From assembly GCA_013239625.1 (NCBI GenBank), contig MU054323.1, forward strand, positions 14,636,029-14,700,028: a stretch of 64,000 nt of DNA, given 5' to 3'. This DNA is from Lama guanicoe. Its lineage: Eukaryota. Below, piece after piece: positions 24,800 to 36,900 of this stretch. Under the pieces are notes generated by a model. That model did not search any database. It was not told the origin of the DNA and saw nothing but the letters and a program-made list of their open reading frames with translations. A program made the translations under genes and the position numbers. Numbering within the stretch: position 1 is the first letter of the stretch; each line of letters begins with the position of its first letter.

Positions 24800-25564
24800 G
24801 CTAAGGCGCGTCTGCGTCATGGAGCTATAGCTTGGGGTCACTTCTGCAGATGGGCTCCATGGCCTAGAGTCCCCGTCCGCGCCACCTGTGATCGTGCGCC
24901 GAGGACCACGAGGGGTCGCCGCCGAGGTTTCCACCAGCCCAAGCAAGATCATGGCAGCCATCCCCTCCAGCGGCTCGCTCGTGGCCACCCACGACTACTA
25001 CCGGCGCTGCCTGGGCTCCACTTCCAGTAACAGCTCCTGCCGAAGAGCGGAGTACCCTGGGGAAGCCATCCCCCACCGCCTGGGTGTCCCCAAAGCCGAC
25101 CTAGGACTCTGGTGGGCTAGCTTCTTTTTCGGGAAGTCCACTCTCCCATTCATGGCCACAGTGTTGGAGTCCCCAGAGCACTTGGAATCGCCCCAGACCT
25201 CCACCAGCACGATCACCTGTGAGCCGGCTCAGGAAGCCACGGGGAAGCAGGAACCTGGCAGCCAGCTGGCAAAACCAACTCCGGGGCCCTGTCCTGAGAG
25301 GCTGCCACCGGCTGCCAGGCTTCCTTCCAAGGCACTAGGCTCAAGAGCCCTCCGCCTCCTCTTCCATCCCCTCCCTGAGACTAAGCAGGCTACAGCCAAC
25401 AGAAACGGGTGGGTTCTTCAATATCAAAACAGCAAAACGCCAAAAAGGAAGTTGAGAGAACCGCACTCTTTTATCCACGCCGCATGAGAGCCTTCCTGAC
25501 ACTTCATAACCCCGTGCCTTGCACCGAGTAGAAAATAAACTCCAAGTAGCCATCAAAAAAAAAA
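24800..25564 (+). pseudogene. PPDPF: Processed retrocopy of PPDPF (pancreatic progenitor cell differentiation and proliferation factor); ORF 24951-25487 with a frameshifted C-terminus
   Basis: ATG 24951 starts MAAIPSSGSLVATHDYYRRCLGSTSSNSSC...EAIPHRLGVPKADLGLWWASFFFGKSTLPFMATVLESPEH, matching PPDPF. It is intronless, with a GC/CpG-rich 5' leader, AATAAA at 25534-25539 and A10 at 25555-25564. The native-like end G-K-T-N-S-G-A-L-S-TGA (TGA at 25295-25297) lies in a shifted frame. Confidence 0.95.
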
Positions 25565-25959
25565 TTAACTACATATGTATCAGTACATTACACTGCAGCA
25601 AATTTCACAAGGACTAGAAGAGGGAGGTGGTGTTGGTACTAAACCGTTAAAAAAGACAAAAGGGTTTTAATTGTCTTTTGGCTGCATTAAGAGCAACACA
25701 ACTTCTGAAGGAAAAGAGTAGATTTGTTCTACATTTAATAAAGCAATCATATCATAATGTATTCTGTAAAGTTCTATTTGGCTTATTAATAATCAGACAT
25801 AGAAAAGCTGAGAACACTCAAAGGAGAGCAACAGAATATTAGAAGTACTGAACGATCTGTAAGAAGAAAGAAGAATCAAGGTAACGTGATAAATCTGTAT
25901 TTGGAGGATCATTGTATAGATAATTATTCACGGAATTTTTTTGTCCATATAAAAAAGAG

Positions 25960-27085
25960 AGGAAAATCCTTATTTCAAATTATTATAGGTTAGAAATTAC
26001 AGAATAAAGAATATAAAGCAAATAAGTGAAATATATATGAGTGTCATTATAATTTTGGAAAAAAATAATTTCTTAAAACACATGCATATGAAGAAAGCAC
26101 TACACATAAAGGATAGAATAATACATTTGACTACATAAAATTAAAATTAATTAATACTAAAATTTCTACAGTCAAATTCTAAACAAGTGACAGACGGTAA
26201 GATATCACTTATATATCTTATAATCAAGAAAGGGTAAGCATTCAGATGTAGACAGTACTTCCTTGAATCAATAAGAAAATATGAGCAATGTATATAAAAT
26301 AGCATTTCACATAAAAGGAAAGCCATTTGGAAAATAAACACATAAAAACATGCTAACTTCACTATTAATCAGGCTAACAACAGGGAGATGTTTTTCCACA
26401 AGCAGAAGGATGAAAAATTTGCAAATTGCCAACTATTTGTGACAACGTGAGATACGAGGAACTCATGCACTGTTGAGGGAAATAGTTTACTACAGACATT
26501 TTATAGGGATTTTCAGAATTTCAAATAAGTTGAGATGACTTCCACCATCCCAGCAATTTCAAGGCTAGAAGACTTAAGAGCTGATATTCATAGCATCATT
26601 GTTAGTTTGAAATACAATAGTAACTGCCTCCGTGCACACTGATTAGAAAAGGGATAGAAAAGACATGCTATAAACACACAGTACACTACCAGCTAAGGGT
26701 TAAAATGAATAAATGAACTAGACCAACATGTGTCAACGCTGATACATACCAAAACAAGAACAAGCCACGGTTGCCAAAACATACTTATGGTGTGAGAGAA
26801 TTCACATTAAAAAACAAAGTAAAGCTATATTTTATGGATTTGTATGTTTGTGTAAAAGTACATAAACATGGGCCAAAATAACACACATCAAATTTAATCT
26901 TTTCTTCTGGGAAATAAGTGAAGGGAATGGGCTGGAGAGGACTATAAAGAAAATTTCACTTTTCCTATTGTCACATTTATGTTACAATGAATTTGAAGTG
27001 AACACAGCACTTTAACATTGGCTAATTCTGAGTAATGAACACAGGGATGCTGGCCGTATTATTTTGTTGACTCATCTGTTATTTA
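25960..27085 (+). mobile_element. L1ME-type 3' fragment
   Basis: atacatttgactacataaaattaaaa, ggaactcatgcactgttg and cccagcaatttc are L1 ORF2-end/3' UTR motifs. Confidence 0.7.
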
Positions 27086-28711
27086 ACTGTGTTCTATAAT
27101 CAAAAAAGAAAAACAAATGTACAGTCTAGAAGTGATCTGTCTTACCTTGAAGAAGTGATGGCATTTAATAGTTTTCAAGTCAAAATTTCTCAAATATTGA
27201 AAGGACAGCCAAAAGAGATCATGAATCCTTAGCGTGAAGATTTTCAATGCAAGTTTGAACAAGCACATTTGCTAAAGTAGAACTGGATGGCAGATTAGAC
27301 TAAATAAATTTTGAGATCCCTACTCACTCTGAGAAAATATAGTCAAAATGTGTGATGGATGCTAAAATATCTTTTTAAATTAATTATTTATTGCTTATTT
27401 TTATTATCCAGCATGGATGAATACAAATAATATTAAACCTAACATTTCATTATTAAATGACAATTAAATCTGTATCCCAATAAAAGGGAAACATGAGACT
27501 TCAGCTTTTGAACAACTACAAACTCTCTTGGCCTTTTTATTTCTAACCACACCATGACTTAGATTCAGCTTCATCAACTGCATCTGAATTTATGAGTCTC
27601 AAGGAGGTAGCTGCATCGTGGCAGAATTGAGAATTTTGTATTTCAACACTTAAATATGGGCAAGCAATCAGACTCAGGATTACTTGTCTGTCACTCTTCA
27701 CTGGTTTTATTTGCCTTTTCCTACCCTGAGCCCTTTCAATTCCCCTCTGAACATCTTTGGGGAACATTACTGTGGCACTCAGTCAACCAGGAGAGCTTAA
27801 CTAACAAAGAGTTTGCCGGCTTTATTCAGAGAGATGAAAAGCAGGGAGCTGCATCCGTGATCACGATGCGCACAGTCTAGCTGGAGAGAGGCACTACCCT
27901 GGACTCACTTCTCAGAAAGCCCACGGGGAGCGCCCGAATTTTGGAGGATCGGAAGTAGAAAGTGAATGTCAGCTCAACTGCCCGGTGAAACGTAGGGAAA
28001 GGGGGAAAAGGCCAACTGAGGTGTTCTTTAAAATCGTTTCCCTTCTCATCCCAGCCGCTGCTTGAGCAGGCCCTGTGTACCTTCGTCTGTGTGGGTAAAA
28101 ACGAACAAAGAACAAGTGAGAGAACGTGCAGGCTGAAGAGCTGCACTCAAGCAGCTGGACGTGGGAGCAGGGCAAGGGGTCAGATGCCCGATGCTGCATC
28201 AGCACTAGGCCGGACAGAAACTACAGGAGACGTGGAGGAGACAGCCCCTCTCGTTCTAAAGGGCATTGACACATGTCCTTGGAAAGACTCATGTAGCTTA
28301 TTTTACCTCCTCAATGAGGCCGATGCAGGACACAGCTCATCTTTAATTCATTTGATGTGAAAACAGTCTGACCGTAAAGTGGCATGAGTGAACAAAACCC
28401 CAGAATCAACAAATGAGTAGTAACCTTAGAGGAAAAAAGAAGAGTGGATTTGTGTCCTATTTTCCCATATCTTTGCCTTGGTTCCAAATATCAGACTGAG
28501 TATTCATTCAGAGAGATGGAAATTTCATTATGTTTGCATTTTGTTATGTAGAAATCTGTCTGGAGTTGTGAGAACAGAATGGTATTTGTGATTTGTGTAG
28601 GACTTTATTGTCACATTTCCAGTATCTGGATCTACTGGAAAAGGTTGGTCGTCTTATCATTTTGCAAAACAAGAAATTGAGACAGTCATAAGAGAAATGC
28701 TATGGGCCCAT

Positions 28712-29214
28712 TGCTATGGACCAAATGTTTTTGTGCCCCACTCCCAGATTCTTGTGTTGGAACTTTATTTCCCAACATGGTAGTATTTTGAAGGTGGGGA
28801 TTTTGAGAGGTAATTAGTTTGTAAGGATGGAGCCCTCATGAATGGAATTAGTGCTTGCTATGATCTGAATGTTCATGTCCCTTCAAAATTCGTATGTTGA
28901 AATCATAATCACCAAAAGTATTAGTAGGTGGGGCCTATTGGGATGTGGGATGTGCTAAAGCCATGAGGGTGACATCCTCATGAATCAGATCAGTACTTTA
29001 TAAAAGGGCCTCCAGAGAGAGATCTAACCCCTTCTAACACGTATGGGCACAGCGAGGATGCCAGCTGCAAACCAGAAAGAGGGCTCTCACCAGGAACTTA
29101 CCTGGCTAGCACCTTGATCTTGGACTTCCCAGCCTCCAGAACTGTGAGAAATAAATGTCTATTGTTCAGCCACTCAACTGACAGCATTTCATCCTACCAG
29201 CCAGAACTAAGACA
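28712..29214 (+). mobile_element. MaLR solo LTR (MLT1A-group) inserted into a MIR
   Basis: TG...CA ends; tgctatgga...gcaccttgatcttggacttcccagcctccagaactgtgagaaataaatg...actaagaca; 5-bp TSD cccat at 28707-28711 and 29215-29219. The 5' about 145 bp is duplicated in tandem. Confidence 0.92.
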
Positions 29215-29906
29215 CCCATGGTCAACTAATTACCAAAGTCTGATCTAGCATTCAGACTCTAGTCTAAGACTTCTTTTCTTTTATTATACTGAATTGTTAC
29301 TACTGACTTAAATGTTAAGCATTTGTCATTTGTCACAAAGAAATATTTACAGGGACCAGAGAGAAATATAATGTCTTCACTGACTACGCGTAGAGGGGTG
29401 AGGGAATTCTATGAACAACTAGAGACTGTGGGCTCCATATAACTCATTCAAATTATATTTTAACAATGCATGAGCTGAACAAATCATACATACATATCTA
29501 TACCTACATTCTTATGTATTAGGTCTGTTACATAGTGAGCTGAATAATACACGATTGTCATTATGATTTGTATTTGCTGTTAATACATTGTGGGAAATTA
29601 GACCTGAATCTGTGATGACCAAAAACAAATAAATATCATTAACACAACAACAAAAATGTTTCATAGACTCATGGACTTGAAATACCAAAACAAAATTTTT
29701 GCTGAAAAGATCTAAGGTCTTCCCACATTTTAGTAACTTAAAGGTTTTTAACTGCATGAATATTTCTTAAGCGCATGTTTATTATGCACCTCGTGTGGGC
29801 AGTATGACTGTGTACACACAGAACAGGAAGCAGAAGTTAGACAAACTGGACAAAAGGTGAGTGTGGTTAGCGTTTGGAAATGGCAGCCTCAGGGTTCCTC
29901 GATGTA

Positions 29907-30012
29907 CAGTGACCTTATTCTCTAATTGGAACAGGTTTGAGAGTGAGGGGAGCTCTTAGTCAAGTATTCTGGGGCCACAGGTGTGACCTAAGAAGGATGG
30001 TTCATGTCATCC
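29907..30012. mobile_element. hAT-Blackjack MITE (MER81-like), diverged
   Basis: tttgagagtgaggggagctctta...tattctggggccacaggtgtgacc resembles the recalled MER81 interior. Confidence 0.4.
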
Positions 30013-32255
30013 AAATAGACCTTTAGTATTGTCTTGAGATGGCAAACCTTTTCCATTTAAATCCAGAGACTGGCAATGTGAGAACAGTCCTTTCTGCCTC
30101 GATACTAGAATAATAGGTCAAATAAAGTTCTGCAGTTGGAATGAGAGTGTTGAATGTCACCTTTATTTTTATTTTACTTATTTCACTCAAGTTAGTAGAG
30201 TAAAAAAAATACTATGCTCAATTTTCTTCAGGCTGTATCAGAATCAGTTTTTGAATCCAACATGAAGCACACAAAGATTGCTCCCAGTTTAATTTCTCAG
30301 GTACCCTGAATTCCTTATTGTTCCCTTTATCAAGAGTCCATTGTCGTTTTGACAAGCTACAAAACATCCTGCATTGGTGCTGATCAGTGGCTTGTTGCAA
30401 TCCTTGTTAGCCTCAAATCATTCCTATCTCCATTTCAGACAACCTTTGATTCAATGAGAAAAGCACTGGTTACCTTTTGGAGAACTTGGGCTACTGTGTT
30501 TTCCAGATGCCTTATTACACTGTTTGTGACTGAGTTTCATTTATCACCTGAAGACAGTCTACCAACACAAAGCAAGGTCAAAAATTCTCTAACTTTTCAT
30601 GTTCAAACTATATACACTTTCATTAAAAAAATACAAAACAGAATCATTTTCTCATCATAATGAAATTGACAGTCACAGATTACGAATAAAAGCTGGACTA
30701 TGTCTCTCGCAATAATATTTCATATTTTGAGTCTGCATCCTTTCAGACAGTGACAAAAAAATCATATTATGACCTTTCATAATCCAAGACAACACATTAT
30801 TGGGACTTACTGAGACAGAATATGCTCTTCAGTTTACACTGATACATTTGATTTAAGGATTCATTTTATTTCTGTTTTCATAAGCTATGATATCACATTT
30901 GGTGTTTATATTCGCAACAGCCTAACCAGTTTCACTCATAATTTTGCTCCTTTTATAAAGACATAATTTCAAACAATTTAGGTGCACTTTTGGAATAGGA
31001 CTTCTTAATCTATGCCTGGCTTATTGCTCTGCCACTTTGTCAGTATAGGAAAGAATAAGCTGAAGGCAAGAATTCTCACTTTACCTTCTTTGATTTCATT
31101 ATTTTCCAACAGGAAGTTAGCTGAATTATTTTCTCCTGATTAACACATTTCTTCATCAACTCTAATTGCAAACCATTAAATTAGATTGCCTCCTTTTCAT
31201 CTTTGCTGGCTTCAATTCTTTTATGAGGTGGAACATTGTAAACTTTCAGATTTGAAATATATGTCTTTCTTAGCACTGAGGAAAATATTGTTTAATAAAA
31301 ATGACATCATAATACACCTTAACATGTACAATTTTGATAATTTAAAAACTTCAGACTTGCATAGAAATGGAAAATGTTTTCATTAAGGAAGAAAAGCTAA
31401 ATATCACATTAAAGCAGATAACATTTTCAAATGCAGCCCTCTTAAGTCCCTATAAAGACTTTGGATTTAGAGAAGGCCTCAGGCAAAAACGCTGCAAAGC
31501 AAATCGTTTCACTTGAAAGGCCAATTTATATTCCAATATAAAGTTTATAGAGATAGTTTCAAAAGTAGGTAGTAGAATCATCATGAATAGATTGTATCAT
31601 TTGAAAAATAATGCACATTATGACAATTCTGCTCTAAATCTAAAAAAGAGGGGAAAGTGAACAGTATTAGAAAATCTTGTACCCAGGGTGGATTCCATTT
31701 CTCTCTTGATTTACTATTTGATAAGGACTTGGCAATGGCTACTGAATAGAAAAAAATGTGTACTCTTATTATTATATTTACTTTTAGCATGTTCTCCTGC
31801 TAGAACTCACACCTGAGCATTAAATATATAATAGAGAAAACAAGTGAAAATATTAACTAATATTTTTCTCATTTATTTTGGTATTCTGTTCTCATACGGA
31901 GTCACTATACAGAGACATCCATAAATTCTTGCTGGCTCTACAGAAAGCCACAGGAGGTGCAGATTAACAGGAAGGCTTGTACAAAAGACAGTGCTCACCT
32001 CATTATAGCTCTTGTAGTTAAATTTGTTTACACATATAATCACAGAGCCATCATGAAATTCTCGCCAACCAGACCACTTCTACACAAGTCCTATCTATGT
32101 CATTTTGGCATCTGGGATTGCTACCTTGAAGAATTTTCATGTACACATACGTGCAGTTCATGCACTGGCACGCTTCCCTTCCCACCCTCACTACCTTCCG
32201 TCTAGCCAGGATAGTCTTTTTTCTCCAGTGCATATAGGAAAGAAGAACATTTTCT

Positions 32256-32584
32256 TTTTGTTTCTTTGTTAATTTAAGTTTAAGGTGTGCCATGATAACC
32301 ATTTTATTTTTTATTTTTATTTACTTTTTACTGAAGTATAGCTGTGGTATAACATTATATAAGTTACAAGTGTATAACAGAGTAATTCATAATTTTTAAA
32401 GGTTATACTCCACTTATAGTTATTATAAAATATTGGCTATATTCCCCATGTTGTACAATACATCCTTGTAGCTTATTCTATACCTGACGGTTTGTACCTC
32501 TTACTGCCCTACCCCTGTATTGCCCATCGCCCTTCCCTCTCCCCACTTGTAACTCCTAGTGTGTTCTCTGTATCTGTGAGTCTG
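32256..32584 (-). mobile_element. 5'-truncated artiodactyl L1 3' end with a short 3' transduction
   Basis: actgaagtatag...aaaatattggctatattccccatgttgtacaatacatccttgtagc...ttctctgtatctgtgagtctg; TSD aagaagaacattttct (32240-32255) / aaggagaacattttct (32585-32600). Confidence 0.88.
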
Positions 32585-33237
32585 AAGGAGAACATTTTCT
32601 CACGTCTGTTACCCACTCATTATACAGTTTTTGCTCTTCCCCACTGTTCACTGGGTCTGGGCCACTTTTCACTTTGAAGCTTAGCACTCACTGAGACTAC
32701 TGGGCTTCAGCCCCTGTTTGGGTCTTGATCCTTACGCGCTAGTATCAGGAGTCAGGAGTAAATTGAGGGAACCCCTGCAGCATGGACAAAATGAAGAACT
32801 GGGTGATTCTCACTACAGTTTCCACAGACTAGATAAAAGCATACAGACACAATGGACTTTGTGCAGGGAATCCATTTATACACAACTCGGGACACACAGT
32901 TTTTATTCCCCTGAGAGAGTGCTTTTTTCAAACCTCTACCAAAGCAAGTAACATCATCTTTTATAAAATCCCACTTCCCATCTTAAGCGCTGGTTAGGCA
33001 AATGATCCATCATTTTCCTTCAGTTTAAGGCATTTGAAATACAATAATCTTCAGTAGTGTATTTTGCAAACCTAAACAGTTCAGTCTAGATCATTATCTG
33101 AGAAAGCGGGAACAATAGTCCAATATAGGTTTTGTCAGTTTAGGCATTTCCTGACTGCGAGGGTTATTACATACTCTTCTTGGTCATCCAATTGGAAACC
33201 TCAGTATTGTTTCAAAGAAGTAATGGACACAGACACA

Positions 33238-33238
<1 letters not shown>

Positions 33239-33278
<40 letters not shown>
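33239..33278. repeat. (AC)20 microsatellite
   Basis: Directly visible. Confidence 0.95.
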
Positions 33279-33280
<2 letters not shown>

Positions 33281-36200
33281 CTCAAAGATTGGCCATGTTA
33301 TTATTCGGATAGTAAAAAGAAGAAAATACTTTCCTACATATAGTATCCTCTGCTTAACACTACACACAATGGAAATACTACTTCAGTATAACTAGTGTCA
33401 AATTACCTACTCCTTTTGCCCTCAACACAAGACTACTGCCCATTACAAATCTATTAATGTTTTTTGTAAAGAACTGATAGAATATCTGAACTTAATACTT
33501 TCCTGTACCTAAGGCCAGATTTCAATGTTAGGGTAGGTTTTCCTCAAGTTAAATTTTGTAGTAATGAAGGTCAATGAAGATTTATTACCCTCATACAGAA
33601 ACAATTCCAGATTTTAGTAGTGTATGAAAGTTTGCTTTCAATTCCATAAAATGTCCTATTTTTTTCTACAACATGAACTTCATCAGGGTTTAGACTTTTC
33701 TTACCCATTTTTATCTCTGCTGTTTATTATATAGTTGCCATTTAGCCAATGCTTGCTTATATGACTAATCATCATAAACACACACAAACATTTGCACATA
33801 TACCGACTAGTAACACAGGACAGAATGACAATGGAGAGTGTATTACAAGTGATTCTCCTTCTATCCCATGAAATAATTCATTCTCTCTCTATTCATCCAG
33901 TTGCCTCATGCTAAACACCAGCTGAACAGAACAGTTTGAAGTCTAGGGGTGAAGTGATACAGGTAAAAAGTATTTACATGATGATGGGAAAAGCTTTACC
34001 ATAGCACTAAGTATTAGGTACCAGGGGAGAATGGGCAACAAATCTTCTGGGGTGCAAGAAATTCCTACACAGAAAATTTTTATGTCAAAATGTTTCTGCT
34101 GAGCTCCCAACCATCAAAACATTCTGACAGGGCTTTTGATATTTTTTGATATATTTTGATAAATACGTTTACCCATTGGGTACCATCTATGGGGTTGAAA
34201 AATGTACTAGGTAGGGAGGCATTTATTCAAATTTCAATATTGGTATATTTAATGTGGACTAAAGGTTTAGATTTAGCCCTATGGTTTTATTATTTTTTAG
34301 ATTCCTGAACAAGGTGTTTAGTTATCATATTGTTTCTTCCTTGGTTCAATTTTTTGAGCGCCTCCCCCCTCAGAAACTCTTCTCTATTCGGTGACTTCAG
34401 TTTAGAGAGTTAGTTTTTTCCTGTTGTATTTCTGTGCTTGGCTTCATAGCCAATTAAACTATTTGAACCTCCAGAGATGACCCTTAAATGAAGCCTGTGC
34501 TTTCATACACTTTAAGCCTCAGGCTAATATTTGCATTTTTACAAATTAAGTAATTTTATTTCTTTACACTTGATTCACACAGTGTTCTTTAAAAAAATCA
34601 AGATTCTGAGTGCCACAAGTTGCTTTCCCTGAGTTATTTTTTTCTATTGGAACTGTCATATGATTAGACGTATTATATACATTATCAACTGAAATACAAC
34701 AAAATCTAAAAGTAAAATAAAAGAAGCAGAAAATGTTCTTGTAGCACAGACTCGTCAGAGCACACTGTTCAGGCATCAGTTCCCCTCAATAGGTAATTAG
34801 GTTCATATGCTTAACACATTCGTAATAACAGAAGTGGCCATAAGACCCTTGTGCATAATTATTTAGAAGCTAGCATTGCACACTAAGATTATGGTTACAT
34901 CTCAGAATAGTTATTTTAATTAATAAATAAAATTCATTCCTAGATACTATTTTTTGATGAGGAAATTACAGTGGGCTTGAGTGTTATTATGCCGTTTGTT
35001 TTAATAGATTATCTAATGCAGAGAGCAGCAGACTGTACTGATATCTAAGACAGAGTCAGCTATACACAGTAAATTGGGCAGCTATGGTGAATATAATGGG
35101 TCTACAAAAGGATATGTTAAACTCAACAGAGTAGGATGTAGTGGGTTATTGAATGCCGAACAAGACAAAAAGGGAGTGTCAAAAGTAGTCCGAAATGTAA
35201 TGGCGTATGTATGTGGTGAGCCATTAGTCAAACTGGGAAACCAGATGAAAATCCATTTGGGGGACAAAATGACTGGACTCCAACTGGGCCCTGTTGAAAT
35301 TAAGGAATTTAAAAATAGACTCAAAAGGAAATGTAGACCTGGTATTCCTAGAAGAGGGGTGGGGAGAAGATGGAGAGGTAGAAACTTTTTGCAGAGGAAA
35401 TTGTTCAAGCCATGAAAAGAAATGATCTCAATAGAAACTCTGCCTTTGTAAATTATCTTCAAAATAGAGCCACAAAAATGAAATATTAGAAGAAACAAAA
35501 CAAGGTATGACTTTTATCATTCAAACAATGTAATGAAATCTCTGATTTTTTCATTCAATACACATTATTTTACCTGCTATAAAATAAGGGACTTCTAGAT
35601 CCTGGGTATACAGTAGGAATAGGACATACAAAAAAGAATCACTGCTTAATGGAGGTTACTTCCTCCCTTAAAGATGTAATGTGTAACCCTCAAAGCAAAG
35701 GAAAGGTAAAAAGAAGGAAAATGTGGTATTCTTCCTCTTCCTCATAGCTTTGCGTTCAATTGTCAGGCAATCCCATCTCCCAGTTCCACCTCTAATAACA
35801 TCCTAGGAAGGTTTATATATACAGCACACAGACCTCAACTGAAGAGAGTATTCAGCAACATTCCTGAACAGATGCTCAGTCTATGATAAAAGAAAGTGGG
35901 GAGGCCAAGGCTGCGGACAGACATTGTGGCCATTCTGCACAAATCCAAAAGCCTGCTCTCCTTGGAGCTTTCCAAGTCTCCCCTTCAGTCAAGAAAACAG
36001 AACTATTGCTTTTACTTCCAGTCATTTCCTTACACTAGTGAACCACATTTCAGCAAACATGAAAGCACACAACAGGCATTTTAGAAATAACTCTTTAAAG
36101 CTATTAGTATAAAGCAATGAAAATATTCAATATGTGTTTAATTTCATACATGATTTACATCTAATAACTACTTAGAGAACACTTTCTACTATATTTAAAA

Positions 36201-36856
36201 AACACGAAATTTATAGAAGCATCAAATATGTTTTCACTGTGAATTTGGTTAGAATAACATTATTTTTAGAAATCATCATGTGTTTCATAATGTAGAAATC
36301 AAATAATGTTGCCCTAACTAGGAATTTTAGGAGTGGAAATTTTAAGAGTGGAAAAAAATGCCAGGAGTTAGTTATTATCATTTTGCTTTGGCTGCTGGAT
36401 TGGGTGTGGTCTTCTAAAGGAGGTGATTAGAGCAAGAACTGAAAAGACAAAAAAGATTAAGGTAATTTACTGTTTGATGAAACACTAATGGATATTTGAA
36501 AATACCACTTGACTTATTCCAACTTGGATTCAATCAATTCATTAAGTGGAAGTAGTTAAGCAGTTCATTGGAAATAGTTAGATGTTCATTGGATACATAT
36601 CTTGTATGTTTGAAACAGGTGATTTAATTCTTTCCCCAAACATGTACTGAGTGCCCAGTAGGTTTCTGGTAGATGCTGATGATACACATCAGTGAGACAG
36701 GGTACCAGATTTCAAGGAAAGTAAAGTATAAGGGAACAGAAGTAAAGTATAAGGGAACAGACAGGCAAGTCAACAATTACAAATTATTCCAGGAGAAGTG
36801 AAGGTGAGGTGCCAAGAGCCTCGGGAGCACAAGGGAAGGCGCTGTAATCAAGGGAG

Positions 36857-36860
<4 letters not shown>

Positions 36861-36898
<38 letters not shown>
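36861..36898. repeat. (AC)19 microsatellite
   Basis: Directly visible. Confidence 0.95.

Positions 36899-36900
<2 letters not shown>

Noticed and set aside
24888..24950. 21-aa N-terminal extension of the PPDPF ORF shown in the ORF track
   Set aside because: It starts at GTG within the retrocopied 5' UTR; the homologous start is ATG 24951.
28712..29000. Tandem duplication at the 5' end of the MLT1A LTR as a novel rearrangement
   Set aside because: I recall an MLT1A subfamily consensus of about 500 bp that already contains this duplication, so it is probably a family trait.
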